Assembly (NCBI RefSeq): GCF_009914755.1
Contig: NC_060934.1
Source: the human T2T-CHM13v2.0 reference genome, Homo sapiens
DNA length: 64,000 nucleotides
Reading direction: 5' to 3' (one strand)
The position numbers were made by a program, and so were the translations under genes. Under the pieces are notes generated by a model, which had not been told where the DNA came from, ran no database searches, and was given only the letters and a program-made list of their open reading frames with translations. Shown here piece after piece: positions 39,511 through 54,733 of the stretch. Positions within the stretch are counted from its first letter, which is position 1, and each line of letters opens with the position of its first letter.

Positions 39511-42489
39511 AAGATTATTCCAAAAGGATGTATGGTTTTTCTAAAATCAGTCCTTCATAGAAAGCCCAATTCTATTTCTACTTTTAAAAGTAATTTATTT
39601 AATTTCTACATCTCTCAACTGGGAAACAATAATTCCAAAATAATCTGATCCTTTTTTTTTTAAAGAATAACCATGAAATATTCTTCCCCAGGTTAACAAA
39701 ACTAGTAGCCCACCTGCAATATTCTCGATCACAAGCACTTTGCAGGCTGCACTATACAGAGCTACTTGGGTAGAAATATTTTCCTTTTGTTCCTTTAACA
39801 GCTTTACCCCTTTGACAAGATTTTAAAACAATCAAGTTTAATTTTTCCAATTTCTTCCTCAGTATTACTTTGGCAAAGGTTTGGGCATTAAGTGAGGTAG
39901 AAATCAATAATTCTCCAAGTAATGCTTGCCCCAGAAGGTGTCCACATGAAAATAAATAGGTGTCCTGAGCATAAAATATTTTTTATAAATACCTATTTGA
40001 GGGAAACAAAAATCTTAATGCCTCAAGTATTTAAGACTTTTTAAAAAGTAAAAGAAAAAAATACAATTCCTCATTTAATGGTGGAATAACTACATCTAGT
40101 AAGATTTTTTTCCTTTTCCTTCTAAACATAGAAAATTAATACAAGTTGAAACTAGGCTAATCATGAAAAAGTGTAAATTAAAAATGTACATTAATTTAAA
40201 AATTCTTCTGACCACATGAATTATAAAAGACTGCAAATATAAGGGAGGAAAAAAGAACTGTGAAAATTAGACTGCTCACTCATTTGAAACCCTTTGATAA
40301 AAAGCACTCTATCTTCTTCGGACTGCCACCCCTGTGAGGGAAGGGACTGTGACATTTTGTATTAATCTCTACATAGCACTTGCCTCTGTACTATGCCTGT
40401 GACAGTATTTCATAATAAAAAATTTTCAGATTTTTTCAGTGGAACCATGTTCATTAAATAAGAAACTAACAAGATGTGTTTGTCATCCCAATTGCCTTGG
40501 AACATTAACCATTTCATTTCAAATGTTACCACTTTGCTTGCTAAATTTACTTATTCCTCTAAGTTTAAAAGTATCTCAAATCCTGAAATGACTTTATAAT
40601 TTAGCTGTTAATTTTCTCTAGCCACTTGCTTTTAAGTTAACAACAATTCTGACACTATAGCTTATTAACCACAAACAGTTATGAATTAAATCAAGTATAA
40701 TGTGCAATTAAAACTCAGATGCAGAGTCAAATAGGATTTCCCCACGTCTACATAAGAAGCTTTGAAATGCATACAATAATGACACATGAATCATTACTAT
40801 TATAGAGATGAGAAAAATGTTGAATACTAGGATTTTACAATCAAACGAGCACTTGTTATTTACTAGATAGTAAATTTCACCATTTACGTTTCTTTACTTC
40901 CTTATGCCCTGTATGAAAACACAATAGAAACGAAAGTGCTAAGTGAAGTCTTTCAGTATTTTAAGAAGTAGAAAACCTTGGTTGAGACCTCACTCCATTC
41001 AAACATTTAGCAAACATCCACTGATCACAATCTGTAGTCAATCACTGTGCTACTGAAATATGTGGCCACCATGATTGTGACAGTTAAGGAACCATCTGTA
41101 AAGAATGATTCTTGCCTGGTATTTCTCACTTATTCTGAAAAATAAATCTTGACTAGAAGAGAGTTATCTAGGATCCATATAGAAGCATACTTAGATATTT
41201 TCTGATATATAAAATGAAAAAGAGAATGTCTTGCAAAGAACAGAAATTAAAAGCACATGAAGGACACTGTCTTTGAAATCTACCCCCCTTCCAACATCAT
41301 GCTTGTTCAAGCACCCATCACCATTCCTTTAAAGAAACCCTCCTTTAAAGAAACCTCAGGAGGGTTCCTGCCTCAGTGTTGCTCCTCTATGAACCTCCTT
41401 CCACTACTAAGAGTGCCATCTTTCTAAAACCTGACCAGAACATCACGGTGCCTTAAGCCCTCAGTGTCTCTTTCCCATCAACTAGATGAAATCCAGTCTC
41501 CTTGGTTTGTATGATGAGGCTCTTTGTGATCTAGATCCACTTATAGGGCAGGCAGGGAGAAGCCACCCTCTATGAGGGAGGTGAGGAAAGAGTAACCCAT
41601 AACTTTTGCTATCTCAAAAGGTTGCTGACCCTAACACCATTTAGGCAAAGCTGGTCAATGGGGAGATATTGGATAGACTCACATTAGAAGTCACTCTGAG
41701 AAATTACTAAGACTCCAGATCATAATTCCCAAAATTTAAAATTAGATAAACCTTCTGAAATGGACCTGTGACAGATAAGAGTGTAAATCTGAAGAAATAT
41801 ACTCAATACAAGGGCCTAACGATTTGTTGAAGAGATCTTTTCAATACATTGTGTAGCTTATGTTGGAAGCCTTTCTAAATTAATACATTTTAGCATAGTT
41901 ATGTTGAGCATGGAAATGGGAACTAGAACGGTTTATAATCCTGTGATCTGAGCTTGGAGCATCAATGGGTCCTGGCCTGGAACCTGTCCCACAGCAGAAG
42001 ATGAGGACCTGGTAGACGATATCCAACACAGCACTACATACAAATGGAAGCACTGACAGTAATACAGACATTGGATACCCTTTCTTCCTCTGCTTGAATT
42101 GCATTAACTTCTGGCATTTTGGACAGGCATCAAGAAGGTAAGTCATTCAAGAAGGTGAGGAAATGAATCAAGGATGGCACAAAGATAAATATAGGGCATG
42201 CAGAGTCTAGAGTAATTGATTCAAAAAATTAAAGAAACTTGGCTCCATTTTTTACCTTATCCTGCTTATACTTGCAATACCTCTGGGCATTATTTTTCAC
42301 TCTTCTTCCCTTCCTACTTTACGCTTACCAACTCAGAACTCAGAATACACTATGCTCTCCCATGTCTCCTCGTTATGCTCTTTCCTTTGCCTAGAATGCT
42401 CTAGGAAGCCTTTTCTGAGCCAAGAGGGTTGGGTTAGGTACCTTTCTTTGGTGTTTCCATTGTATTCTGAGGATGTGTTTATATGATAC

Positions 42490-42670
42490 AATTTATTCAA
42501 GCAGCTTATCCTCTATATGCCTCTATTTCACTTGTAAAATGGAGACAATAATAGCATATACTCCATAGGATTGTTTTGGTTATCAAGCAAGGTAATATAT
42601 GTGAAACCATTTAAACAATATCTGGCACAAATAAACAACTATATAAGTAATAGCTATTGTGTTATTATTA
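42490..42670 (+). mobile_element. MIR
   Basis: tgtaaaatggagacaataatagcatatactccataggattgttt...gtgaaaccatttaaacaatatctggcaca. Confidence 0.65.
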
Positions 42671-42929
42671 TTATTAAAACACATTATGCTTTTATCAGGT
42701 ACTATGTGGCAGTCATTATGCCGGGTGTTGGTAGACCATTGGTGAACAAAGGAGGCTTGGTTCCCACTGCAGTGATGCTATATAAAATTACTCATTCTTC
42801 AGTATGTGTCTCCATGCCTCCCAGTGTCAGAGATCAATCTTTGTCATTTTTTGTGTGTTATCAGCACCTAGAAGAGGATTTATCACAGAGCTGGGCATAT
42901 AAGAGGTGCTCAAAAATTATTTAAAAATA

Positions 42930-43860
42930 ACCCCAGAAAGTCCTGAGCAGAGGAAAAAAACATGTGGCTTGTAGACATGCAACAGCATTAAACTCACTGA
43001 AATTATGTGTGGCTGGGACCCAGGTTAAATGAGAATAAGTGAAAGAAAATGCAGCTGAAGAGAAGGAAGGCTAGATCACAGTGGGCCTAATACTATGAGA
43101 GAGAGTTTAACTTAGAATGGGAATTCAGAAAGCATTTTAAGTAAGGAGTATCATACTCATATTTCCATTACAGAAAGAATGGAAACTGTGAAGGCCAATG
43201 ATTGGAAGAAACTGAGACTAGAGGTAGAAAATAGGATGGTATTTGCAGTATTCTGCATAAGATGTGATGAAAATGTGATCTAAGATAGCATCAGTGTGAA
43301 TAGACAGACAAGGATAGAGCAAAATTAAGACAATAGGTCTGATAGGCCAATAGGATACAGCATTTGAAGAAAAGACAGAAATCTAATATGACTCTTATGT
43401 TTCTAGCTTGGGTGCTAAATACATTGCAAAGCATTAAGTGAGATGATAATATGAGAATAAGGTTAGGATTGATGCGACAAAATGGAGATCAACTGCTGAA
43501 TTTTAGGCATATGGAGGCATCTATGAGATTAAGTAGAAATCTAAGAGTCGGTAGGTTATATGCACTTAGGTATCAAGAAAGAAAATGGAAAGTGGTCTTT
43601 GCTGGACAACTATAAAACCTGGTGTAAATTAAGAGATCGTGTTTCCAGGGAGATGAAAGAGAAAGTTAATCATGGATTAAAAAGTATATGTAGATGTACA
43701 AGAAATCGAGGAGATGTACAAGAATTGACGATCCTTTCTAGTAATATTTTAGTCAAGATTATCAACTCAAAGTAAATGAGAGGGATATGGGTTACGAATT
43801 GAGGTGGTTAGTGAAGGTTTGAGAGAAATGGAAAAGAAGGTTATCAAGGACACATAAAAT
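42930..43860 (-). mobile_element. L2 relic (probably continues after the L1, ~44700-46500)
   Basis: Purine-rich L2-minus motifs (ggctagatcacag, gcattttaagtaaggagt, gtttctagcttgggtg). Confidence 0.5.
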
Positions 43861-43871
43861 ATATTAGGCAA

Positions 43872-44445
43872 GGAACCAACCTAAGTGTCCATCAACAGAC
43901 GAATGGATAAAAAAAATGTCGTATATATACACGATGGAATATTATTCAGCCATAAAAGAAAATCATGTCATTCACAGTAACATGTATGGAACTTGAGGTC
44001 ATTATGTTAAGTGAAATAAGCCAGGCACAGAAAGACAAATGCCACACGTTCCCACTCATATGTGAGAGCTAAAAAACTTGATCTCAGGGACATAGAAAAA
44101 AGGACCATAGATACCAGAGACTGGGACGGGTGAGTGGGGGTGAGGGGGTATGAAGAGAGGTTGGTTGTGGGCACACACATACAGTTAGATAGAAAAAATA
44201 TGTTCTAATATTTGATAGCAGACTACAGTGACTATACTTAACAACAATATTATGTATATTTTAAAGTAACTAGAAGAGAGGACTTGAAATGATACCAACA
44301 CATAAAAATGATAAACACTCAGGTGATGGAGACCTCAAATACCCTAACTTGATCATGACACATTTTATGAATGTAGCAAAAACTCATATGTACTCCGTAA
44401 ATAGGTAAAACATTGTATGTCAATAAAAGAGAAAAAATTAAAAAG
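43872..44445 (+). mobile_element. L1MA-type 3' end
   Basis: aacctaagtgtccatcaacagacgaatggataaa...gtgaaataagccaggcacagaaagacaaat...tacagttagatag...gtcaataaaa. Confidence 0.88.
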
Positions 44446-44516
44446 CAAGGAAAGGATATATATATGCTTGATACCTAAATGCATAGTGTTCTATAGCCTT
44501 AGCTAGAGCATATTGC

Positions 44517-44519
<3 letters not shown>

Positions 44520-44582
<63 letters not shown>

Positions 44583-44613
44583 CACACACACACACACAAT
44601 GGTAGATACATAC

Positions 44614-44666
<53 letters not shown>

Positions 44667-44684
44667 ATGGTAGATATATATATA
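44520..44684. repeat. Compound microsatellite (TA)n/(CA)n/(CATA)n with a duplicated CAATGGTAGATA unit
   Basis: (AT)~28 at 44520-44577; cacacacaatggtagata occurs at ~44591 and ~44659. Confidence 0.9.
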
Positions 44685-45049
44685 GCAACAATAGTAGAGA
44701 AACACAGAAGGTAAATGGTTGGACTGATTTAAAGCTGAAGCTTTACAAAGTCGTGGTGAAGAAATACAAAGGAGCAAAGGAATGGAGGGAGCTGCATGCC
44801 TAGGGAGCATCCATTGCTGAGAATTATGCCACATAGAGAAAAAATGTAGTTAGAAGAAGGGATTAACAGGCTTAAGGGAAAAAAATGAAAGAATCAGGAG
44901 ATTAAAACTCTAATTAATTTGAAGAGTAAATGCAGCAGATCAACTCAAAGAATAAGAAGGTACGTCTTGGAGTTTAAGATTTCAGAGACTGAAAATTCTA
45001 ATACATGGAAAAGACCTAACATGTAACCATATGAAGGAGAGCTGAAACT

Positions 45050-45395
45050 TGCATTTTTGAGCATCTGTAGGCATTGTGCTTGGCATTTTACATATGCCAT
45101 CTCATTTGATAATGATTTTCTTTATTTAGAGAGACAAGGTCTTGCTATATTGCCCAGACCGGTCTCAAACTACTGGACTCAAGTGATACTCTTGCCTCAA
45201 CCTTCTGAGTTGCTGAGATTACAGGTGTGAGCCACTACACTCAGCTTGATTCATTATTTTTATAGATGAAAAGACTAAGTATGAGTCAAGTTACATGATT
45301 TGCCCAATGTTACACAGTTAGTCAGTAGCCGAACTGGGATATAAACTCTAGCCTGTGTAATTCCAAAGCATATACTCTTTCTAGAATAACACACC
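45050..45395 (-). mobile_element. MIR interrupted by a FLAM
   Basis: ggcattgtgcttggcattttacatat...ctcattt | ttttatagatgaaaagact...gatttgcccaatgttacacagttagt. Confidence 0.7.
45116..45246 (-). mobile_element. FLAM / free left Alu monomer
   Basis: gagacaaggtcttgctatattgcccag...ctcaagtgat...gattacaggtgtgagccact; single monomer. Confidence 0.85.
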
Positions 45396-45875
45396 AACTG
45401 CTCAATGTGAGAAGGTTGTCAGGGAAAAATGGAGCAAAGATTACTTGAAGTAAGTAAATTAAAGAATTCTGAGACTAGATGGTGGATGGGGTGATTCAGG
45501 TAGACACAGAAGTCATTCACCTGACAGCTAAACTTGAATGGAACAATCTATTAGTTAATTCCATAATCATTGAAAAATGTAGAGAAGTGATAACGAGACT
45601 GATAAATGGAGTATCCCATGATGAGCTCTGCTACAGGTTGGCACCATGATGGGTGAAGAACACAAAAAAAGGAATGTATATTACTGCAGCATATCATGAA
45701 TGAATTTCCTCATAAAATAATACGATGGATGCTAGAGATTTTATGGGGCCACTCTCACAAACCCTCTCATTAAAAGCCAAGTTCTGGGAAACTGGAGCTG
45801 GTGGATTCCTCAATTCCTGCTTGTTACATTGACCCTGAACTTTGAGCACCCATCAAGAGAGCAAGGAGACTGGAA

Positions 45876-45953
45876 ATCTGCATCCATTCAGTTTTATTAA
45901 GCTTGTATCCTAGATATCTGCATCCATTCAGTTTTATCTAGCTTGGATCCTAG
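45876..45953. repeat. 40-bp tandem duplication
   Basis: atctgcatccattcagttttat(ta/ct)agcttg(t/g)atcctag at 45876 and 45916. Confidence 0.9.
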
Positions 45954-46655
45954 CTTGCACTCTTTGTTTGCTAGTTTAGTGATAGGACAGATTAAAAGCA
46001 ACTTTAAACTAAGGCTGAGTCATCATCCTACAGTCTTCTAACCTCTAATAACTGCTGAGGAGTGGTTAGTTCAGGATATGGGATATCCAGAAGTTATGAG
46101 TTCCAAAGAAGGAGGGATTTTTATATGACAGAGAGGAGTCACTCTGTAGACACAGAAGTAAAAGGCAAGGTGAGTGATTGCCCACTACCACCGCTGAGAC
46201 CCATGATTCCTAGAAGGTGGGAACATAGGCAGACACCATTCCATATGGTGGCAGGATAGAGCTATCTTTTAATTAATAGAAAAAAGATAGAGGGGTAATG
46301 TTCCTTAAGGTGTTCTGGTTTGTTTTCAAGTTGATATGGTTCTGGAGAATTATGGGAAGGGTTGGGAGATGAAAAACAAAGGGAGGAAATATCTAGAGAT
46401 ACAGAGAATGAAATAGTATAATGATAAGTTCATTCATGAATATGGGTGACTCCTGGAGCTTGTATTTTGTTAGGTTGACACAGATGGCAGGGAATAAAAG
46501 AATGGTGGTACTAACTTCATGTGTTTCCTTGTATCTCTGACATAACAAAAATATAGTCTTTCAGCTGAGCATAATCCCCGCTTCACAATGAGAGTAAATC
46601 TTTTGTGTCACAATAGACCTGACCAGATATATGCAGTAACAACAATGGACATACA

Positions 46656-46959
46656 GGTAAGTCACAATGGCTCATGCCTGCAATCCCAGTACTTTGGGAG
46701 ACCAAGGTTGAAAGGATTGTTTCAAGGCCAGCCTGGGCAAAACAGTGAGACCTCATCTCTACTAAAAAATTAAAATAAAATAAAATAATTAAAGGGGTAC
46801 GGTGGTACATGCCTGTAGTCCCAGCTACTCAGGAGGCTGAGGCAGGAGGATTACTTGAGCCCAGGAATTCAAGGTTGCAGTGAACTATGATTGCACCACT
46901 GCACTCCAGCCTGGATGACAGAGTGAGATCATGTGTCAAAAAAACAAAAACAAAAAAAC
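46656..46959 (+). mobile_element. AluJ (Jo-like)
   Basis: aggattacttgagcccagga, atgattgcacc; TSD caatgga(ca/tg)taca at 46643-46655 and 46960-46972. Confidence 0.9.
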
Positions 46960-49900
46960 CAATGGATGTACATGTTTTGGAAGGGTAAGATGATCATATA
47001 TGCCCTCCACATACCAACACCAAAAGCATTGATTTAAATCTCACACTAGTCTCAATCTCACAAATATCTCAGTTTTCCTTATAAATAATAAAAAAATTAA
47101 CTCATTCAAATTTCTTTTGACCCAATTATATGTTTCTACTTTACTATGTATTTGCATAACAAGTTTCAAGAACCACTTAAGAAGCAAAGCAGTTTATCTT
47201 TCTTCTTGAATCATGAATGCCTCTTTTAAAGTTCACATAATGGTTATAGAATATTCTAGTATTCATAAACAAGATTTGGAGAACAAGGTCATTTTAACTT
47301 TTCCTTTATTTTTTATTTAGCCTTCAATCATATTCCTTTGAAGCTTTTAACTTTTCTGCTAAACAACACTGCTGTTCTGATTTGAGAGGGTATTTTTTGT
47401 TTGGTTATCTGTTCATCTGGGTTTTTTTGTTTGGTTGGTTTTTTTACCAGTCATTACATATTCCATTATCCCTTATATTTTCTATTTTTAGGGTAATTTC
47501 TATTTTCCTTATACCACTATTATATAATTATATTCTCTCATATGGTATAAAGATTTATGTGTGTGCTTCCAAAGCTATAAATCCTAAAAAGCAGAGAGTG
47601 TTGCTGCTACCTTTATTTATTCCGCTTTCAGGAAATAAACAATAGTTACACTATATTTTTAATTAAATTTCTATGTAATTAGAATTTTTAGAAAGTTAAT
47701 TTCTCCTTAGAAAGTAAATTTCCAAAGGAGAAGCAGGTAAACGATAGTGCACACAAGAGAAAATAAAAGAATGATTGCAATATTCTAATTACAAGAACAC
47801 TAGAAAAAGAGAAAGAGAGAAGGAGAGAGAGAGAGACACAGAGAGAGAAGTTTGCATTTTCTATCTCCCACCAGCTTCTGGCCATATTTTCAACTAGTAT
47901 TCCTACATTAAACAAAATCAAGGAAAAATACTCTAGAAAAGTCTTTCAATTTGAAGGTAACATAAGCTTCCTCCAACTATACTGAACTTCCTCAAAAAAG
48001 AAACTTGAATCTATGAACCCAGCACAAGAAATCTTGCCAGGGTGAGAATATAGAAAGAAATCATCCTAGCAGGGGGAAGGAAGAGTAAAAGCCAAATTGC
48101 CTTAAGTATTTGGATGTAAATACCAAAATTACAGGGACAACATCTCTCATTCAGAGAAGAAAGAAGAGAAGATGATGAGTATTAGTTCATTTTTAGTTGA
48201 GAGAGTAGGGGGCATATAAAAAGGACCAGGCAAGAAGTGACTCCAACCTAAACTCCAACATCAGAGTAGAAACAGTCTTCCCACCATTTCGTACTTGCTC
48301 CTCTGGGTAGCTGTGGCTGAAGATCAAGGGTTGGATGAGGAGAGGCAGGAGGACAGACCCGAAACATTCAGAAAGACAGATGCCCAGGTCAACAGGCCTA
48401 CAGCAGTAACAGTAAGTGTTGCATGAATGGCATTTGGCAGAGATGATCGCTCTGAGGGTTACCACAAGTCTACAGATAGATGGAAAAGTATGTTAGCTAT
48501 TGTAATAAAAGTTTATATATTGTTTATATATTGTTTTTGTCATAAGAAAATGATTTTGTTGCATTTTCTGTATTAAAAAAATATCAAACATCTTGGATTG
48601 CTCTTACACAGTTCCGCAAATAGATTGAGCCTATCATGTTTTAATTTTGTTAATTTTAGTAATCTTAACTATTAACCTTTACACTTGGAAGCATGATTTG
48701 TCATCTAACAAAGTGTTTTCCTATAGTTACTCAATTTCATATCAGAGGCACAAGATAAGGTTGAGAAATTCTGCTCCTATATATGCAAGTCAGAAAAAGT
48801 TTTAGTTTTGTAACAAATCATAGCACAAAACCCATTTGACCCTAGCCACCTCAAAATTGTCTCATTCTCACAACCAATTTTGAAGACACACATACATCTT
48901 TTCTCTCCACATAATGTTCCTTTGTCATAGCCACTGAATAGCATGAACTAACAGCGGTCCTGAAATTGTGTAGGCTTGGTAAAGCCACCTGCAGAGGAAT
49001 AAATATGTTTAATTAAATCCTTTTAAAAAAAGAGTTTAAACAGTATTATTCCATCTTCCACCCTAGCCCTGCCAATGTAGTGATTATATGTCTATTAAAA
49101 AGGAGGGCTTGTATGAGTTATCATGACATGCATCACTAGATTGTAGATAATAGAATTTAGTATGTAATTTATTTTATATATTTATTTAAATATATAATAA
49201 AATATAATCCCAGAATACAAGGTCCTAAGGTTCAAGCTTATGCACAAAATTGTGTCCTTTCTTGGGATATGCCATCCTCCAGGCATGGACATTTGCTTAC
49301 AAAATAAATATTGTATATTATAACAGGAAGAGACTTCAAAATTCATGATTGTTTATTTTTTCCCTTTCAGATGCACCTCCAAGAAGAAACATTAGATTTA
49401 TATATGTATGGGTGTGAGTGTGTGTGTGTGAAATCTGGAATGGAAGTAAAACTGTTAAAATCCATGAGAAGTCTTGAATTAATGAAGATTCAGAATTAGG
49501 AAACACAGTACACATGTCCCATAAACAAAGAAGCCAGCAGTGGACCCCTTCAGGTAGTCATCAAAGAACAACATAAGTGGATATCAGAAATAAACTTTCC
49601 CAGGATTTAACAAAAATAACATTTCTCATTTATAAATCATACTGTTCAGTAGATCATAATCTGTAGCAAACTAAATAAGTAGATCCCTGTCCTCTGAAAC
49701 AGAATTGAAACTGCTGCCTGAGCATCTAACTTATCTATACTGCTCTATCAAATATTTCTTAATCAGTTTTAGCATTTGTTTATTTTCTCTCTTCTGAAAC
49801 AATGGCTAATCAGTGCCCAGCACTGTCCCTGACACAACTCACATACATGCTCATTAAAATAAAGCTATTTAAAGTAGACATTGTCTTGTCGTACAGCACT

Positions 49901-50401
49901 CCTCTTCTAAAAATTATTCCTTTCAACCAGAGGGTTCAAATGGCAGCTGCCAGCTTCTCAGATGATTTGCCCATAAATGAGCACCCAACCCAACTTTCTG
50001 GGTTTTTTGAAAAAAAATAGTTGCCTTATTGTTATTGTTTTGTATGTATATCTTAGTGTCCACCAGCATCCATGCATTTTCCTCTGTGGGATATCCTAGA
50101 GATTTTACAGAAATTAAATTTCCTAAGTCATCCATCTATAGGGGTAGGGACAGTGGACAGGGCACTTTAAAATTATTTTTCTTGGAAAACAGAAATGAGC
50201 ACGGATCTTAGAAAGCTCTTATATATTTAGCAGATGTAAATCTGTTTAATATAAATACAAAATAAAATCATACTCTTAAAGATTTTCAGGTACAATAAAA
50301 AAGCTACAGTGTGAAAATAAAAGATACATATGTGATTTTTAAATTTGACATTATACTTTTTCACAATATTTCAAATTCAGATTAAAACATTTAATTGATT
50401 T

Positions 50402-50710
<309 letters not shown>

Positions 50711-50976
50711 TATTTTTATTTTTTAAGATGGAGTTTTAAGATGGAGTTACTGCAACCTCTCCCCTTCCCGGATTCAAGCAATTCTCCTGCCTCAGCCTCC
50801 TGAGTAGCTGGGATTACAGGTGACCACCACCACACCCAGCTAATTTTTGTATTTTTAGTAGAGACAGGGTTTCACCCTGTTAACCTGGCTGGTCTCGAAC
50901 TCCTGGCCTCAGGTGATTTGCCCGCCTCAGCCTCCCAAAGTGCTGGAATTACAGGTGTGAGCCACTGCGCCCAACC
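50711..50976 (-). mobile_element. AluSx-like with right-arm deletion
   Basis: cctcaggtgat diagnostic; ~45 bp missing between ggagtt and actgcaacc. Confidence 0.9.
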
Positions 50977-53916
50977 TAAAAAATGTAATAGATTTAAAAG
51001 CCAAATATAAATCCATAGTTTAGTGAATATTGAAATAAGGCTATAAATAATTTTATAATCAGTGTGTTTATAAAACAGCGTATCATTATGGTACAGAATT
51101 TAAAAGTTCAGAAAAAAATGTAATGCTTAAACTTTTGTCCCAATAGAAAGCTTCCATTAACTCAAAGGGAAATCTCTGAGAAGTATTAATGTTTCCTAAT
51201 GAACATTATGGAATTTCTAAGCCTACATTAGACACTTGCAACTTTGATCTGTCTATAGAGTGCTTTAATTCTTCAAGCAATTTTTTAGAAGTCTCCAAGT
51301 GAAAATATATTAGGAAAATCTCTTACTAAAGAAATGCAGTAGGATTGATGGGATGTTTTATTTCTTACCTTTGAAAACATCCCTTATTTCTAGCCTAATA
51401 TATACAGACAACACATATCTACATTTATTCATTCAAATTGCTATTGAAATAGCCACAAAAAGAAAATATCTTAAAATTGGTAAGTCATCACTTCTTTATA
51501 AGATGGTTTTATTTGTAGGTCAATTTTATAAAATTCTCTTTTTGAGTGTTATGGTTAATAACATATTTAAAGATTTAAATCCATCTGAGAGTTTAAACAA
51601 ATTGCCACTATTTATGATTATTTTGTATTAGAATAGCAAAATGGGCTGCATTAATAGTCCAGCTCTAACACAGAAGAAGCATTCGATTTATATTAATAAT
51701 TACATATAACTGGTTTATAAATTATTTGCATACATCCCAGATATATATACATGACTGAAATTTAAAATAATTTTTTTAAAAATAAAAAGACTTCTGAACC
51801 CAGATCTACTAATTACATGTACAAAGAGAGATGCCCTATAAGTTGGAAGAAAAACAAGTATAATTTAAAAGACAGCTAAAATGTATGAAAAGCAAACACG
51901 TTTATTTTTAAACTTCAATATGGCCCAATAACAAAGACTGTGATATTAGTGAAAATGGTAAAACAAAGTCCTTTTTGGTACTATAAATACTAATATTCTA
52001 AGGACAGGTCAAGTCCTATTTGGTTTTATGTGCCACGTGAAGGGGGAAATACCAGTTCTTTTGTTATTCCTTTTCCTGGTGAGAGAGGGCCTTCAAACGG
52101 CCACCACAGTAGCCTGCATGAACAGTGCTTTCTTACAAGACAGCATTGCTACATTACATTGCATCTTTAGGCCTATTTAATGGGTGAGGTGTTGATCATA
52201 TGCCAAGAAAGACATAAAGAGAATGAGGAATGTACATAGAAATGCTATTAAAATGATCCCATGCTTGAGAAGAGAATCAAGAGCTAAGAAATTAAGAAAA
52301 ACAGTTTCTGCTTTGAAGGAGCTTAAAATAGGACATCACCTCAATGTAGAGGCATGCTCCCTTGCCGTCTCAAAGATAATATTTGGTGATCAGAGCCAGA
52401 AAAAGGAATCTAAACTACTTGTTTTTGTAGTTAGCTCTGTCATTTAACCATAGTCTAATTATCCAGCTCTATATATTACCATAAAAAAATCTTTAAATGT
52501 ACACCATGTAACAACACTTATCAACCTAAGAGGAATGCCAATTAATGCTTGCAAAGGCACTCTAAGATTTTTTTTTTTACAAGCAAGTGCTATATAACAA
52601 CAAAATATCTATTACTATTCTATCTTTCCAACCAAAGCAAGTTTTGTCCTCCTAGGATTGCTGGGAGCAAAATAAACCCGACGTCATTCTCCTAAGCCCA
52701 ATTGGCAGCCCAGCTGTGCCATTATCCCCGGGAAGTGTGGTCATGTACGGTAATACCCACATTATGTGACAATGACCAAGTCAAAATTACCCCCTTGGAA
52801 TAGAGTTCAGCCTCTGAAAATGTAGAACTGAGAAGACATGCTGGGTTCAACAGACTAGCCATAGTGAGGGCCATTTTTGTTTGATAATGGCCCTAAATTA
52901 CTGATATCAACTTGGCGTCTAAGACTCAGGGCAAAAGCAGCTATTTTCTTTCTATGGAACATTCACCAAAAATATAAATGCAGCTGCCTTAGTCTTGATT
53001 TTCTTCCCTGTTTTTATGGGATATATAAGGTCACGACTATAAATATAGATAAAATTTATATAAAACACCAAATTAACTGGAAAGCATTTTATATATTCTA
53101 AAATATATCCAGGGTGTTTTTTTTTCTTATTTATAGATTTTAGAGGCACATAAAACCTAGGCCCCAAGCCAATTTACAGTTTAATAAACAGCTGCATAGT
53201 TGTGAATTTTCTGGTATAAAATATACCAAAATGATAAGAGGCTGGTAATTCAGTGCATTACCTACAGCAATAGCTTGATGCAATTTTTCCATATGCTTGA
53301 TTTATAAAAACAAACTCATTTTCTGGAAATGGAAGATTAATCTTCTTCAACAAAATTTTCTTTATGAAAATGAAAAAAAGTGTTTTCTATACCAAGAAAA
53401 AATAACATATATTAGGACGTAGTCGGGGGCAGGTGAGAGGAAAAAAAAGAGATATTATTGGAGAACAAAAACTATATCCATAATCCCTTTCTCAGATAAC
53501 TGCTTATTGACTTTTTTAGAAAGTAGAACATAGTCAAGGTTAGTAAAAGGTATATTCTCTTCTCCTCCACAGTTCTGTCTCCCTGGGTTTCCTTCCAAAA
53601 AAAAATTTTTTTTAATGTGTATTAGTACATACTCACATGAAAAATACATGTGTGTATATATCAACTTTTGTTTTTTCCTATTACAATGAGTGAACCTGCT
53701 GGGTTAAAAAATACAGGCATTCCTCAGAGATACTGCAGGTTTCGTATCAGACCATCACAATAAAGCAAATATCACAATAAAGCAAGTCACATGGATTTTT
53801 TTGGTTTCCCAGTGCATGTAAAAATTACATTCACTCTATATTACTGTAGCCTATTAAGTGTGCGGAGCATTATGCTAAAAAAAATGTACATACCTTATTT
53901 TAAAAATATTGCTAAA

Positions 53917-54225
<309 letters not shown>

Positions 54226-54419
54226 CTAAAAATCATCTGAGCCTTTAGTGAGTTGAAATCTTTTTGATGGTGGCGGTTCTTGCCTTGATGTTAATGGTTG
54301 CTGACTGACCAGGATGGTGGTTGCTGAAGGTTAGGGGTGGCTGTGGCAATTTTTGAAAATGAAACAACAATGGAGTTTGCTGCATCGATTGACTCTTCCT
54401 TTCACAAAAGATTTATCTG

Positions 54420-54733
<314 letters not shown>

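Noticed and set aside
41880-42146. GC-richer patch with an 88-aa minus ORF, considered as a processed pseudogene or exon
   Set aside because: No recognisable homology in the frames examined and no poly(A)/TSD. A tblastx search would be needed to revive it.
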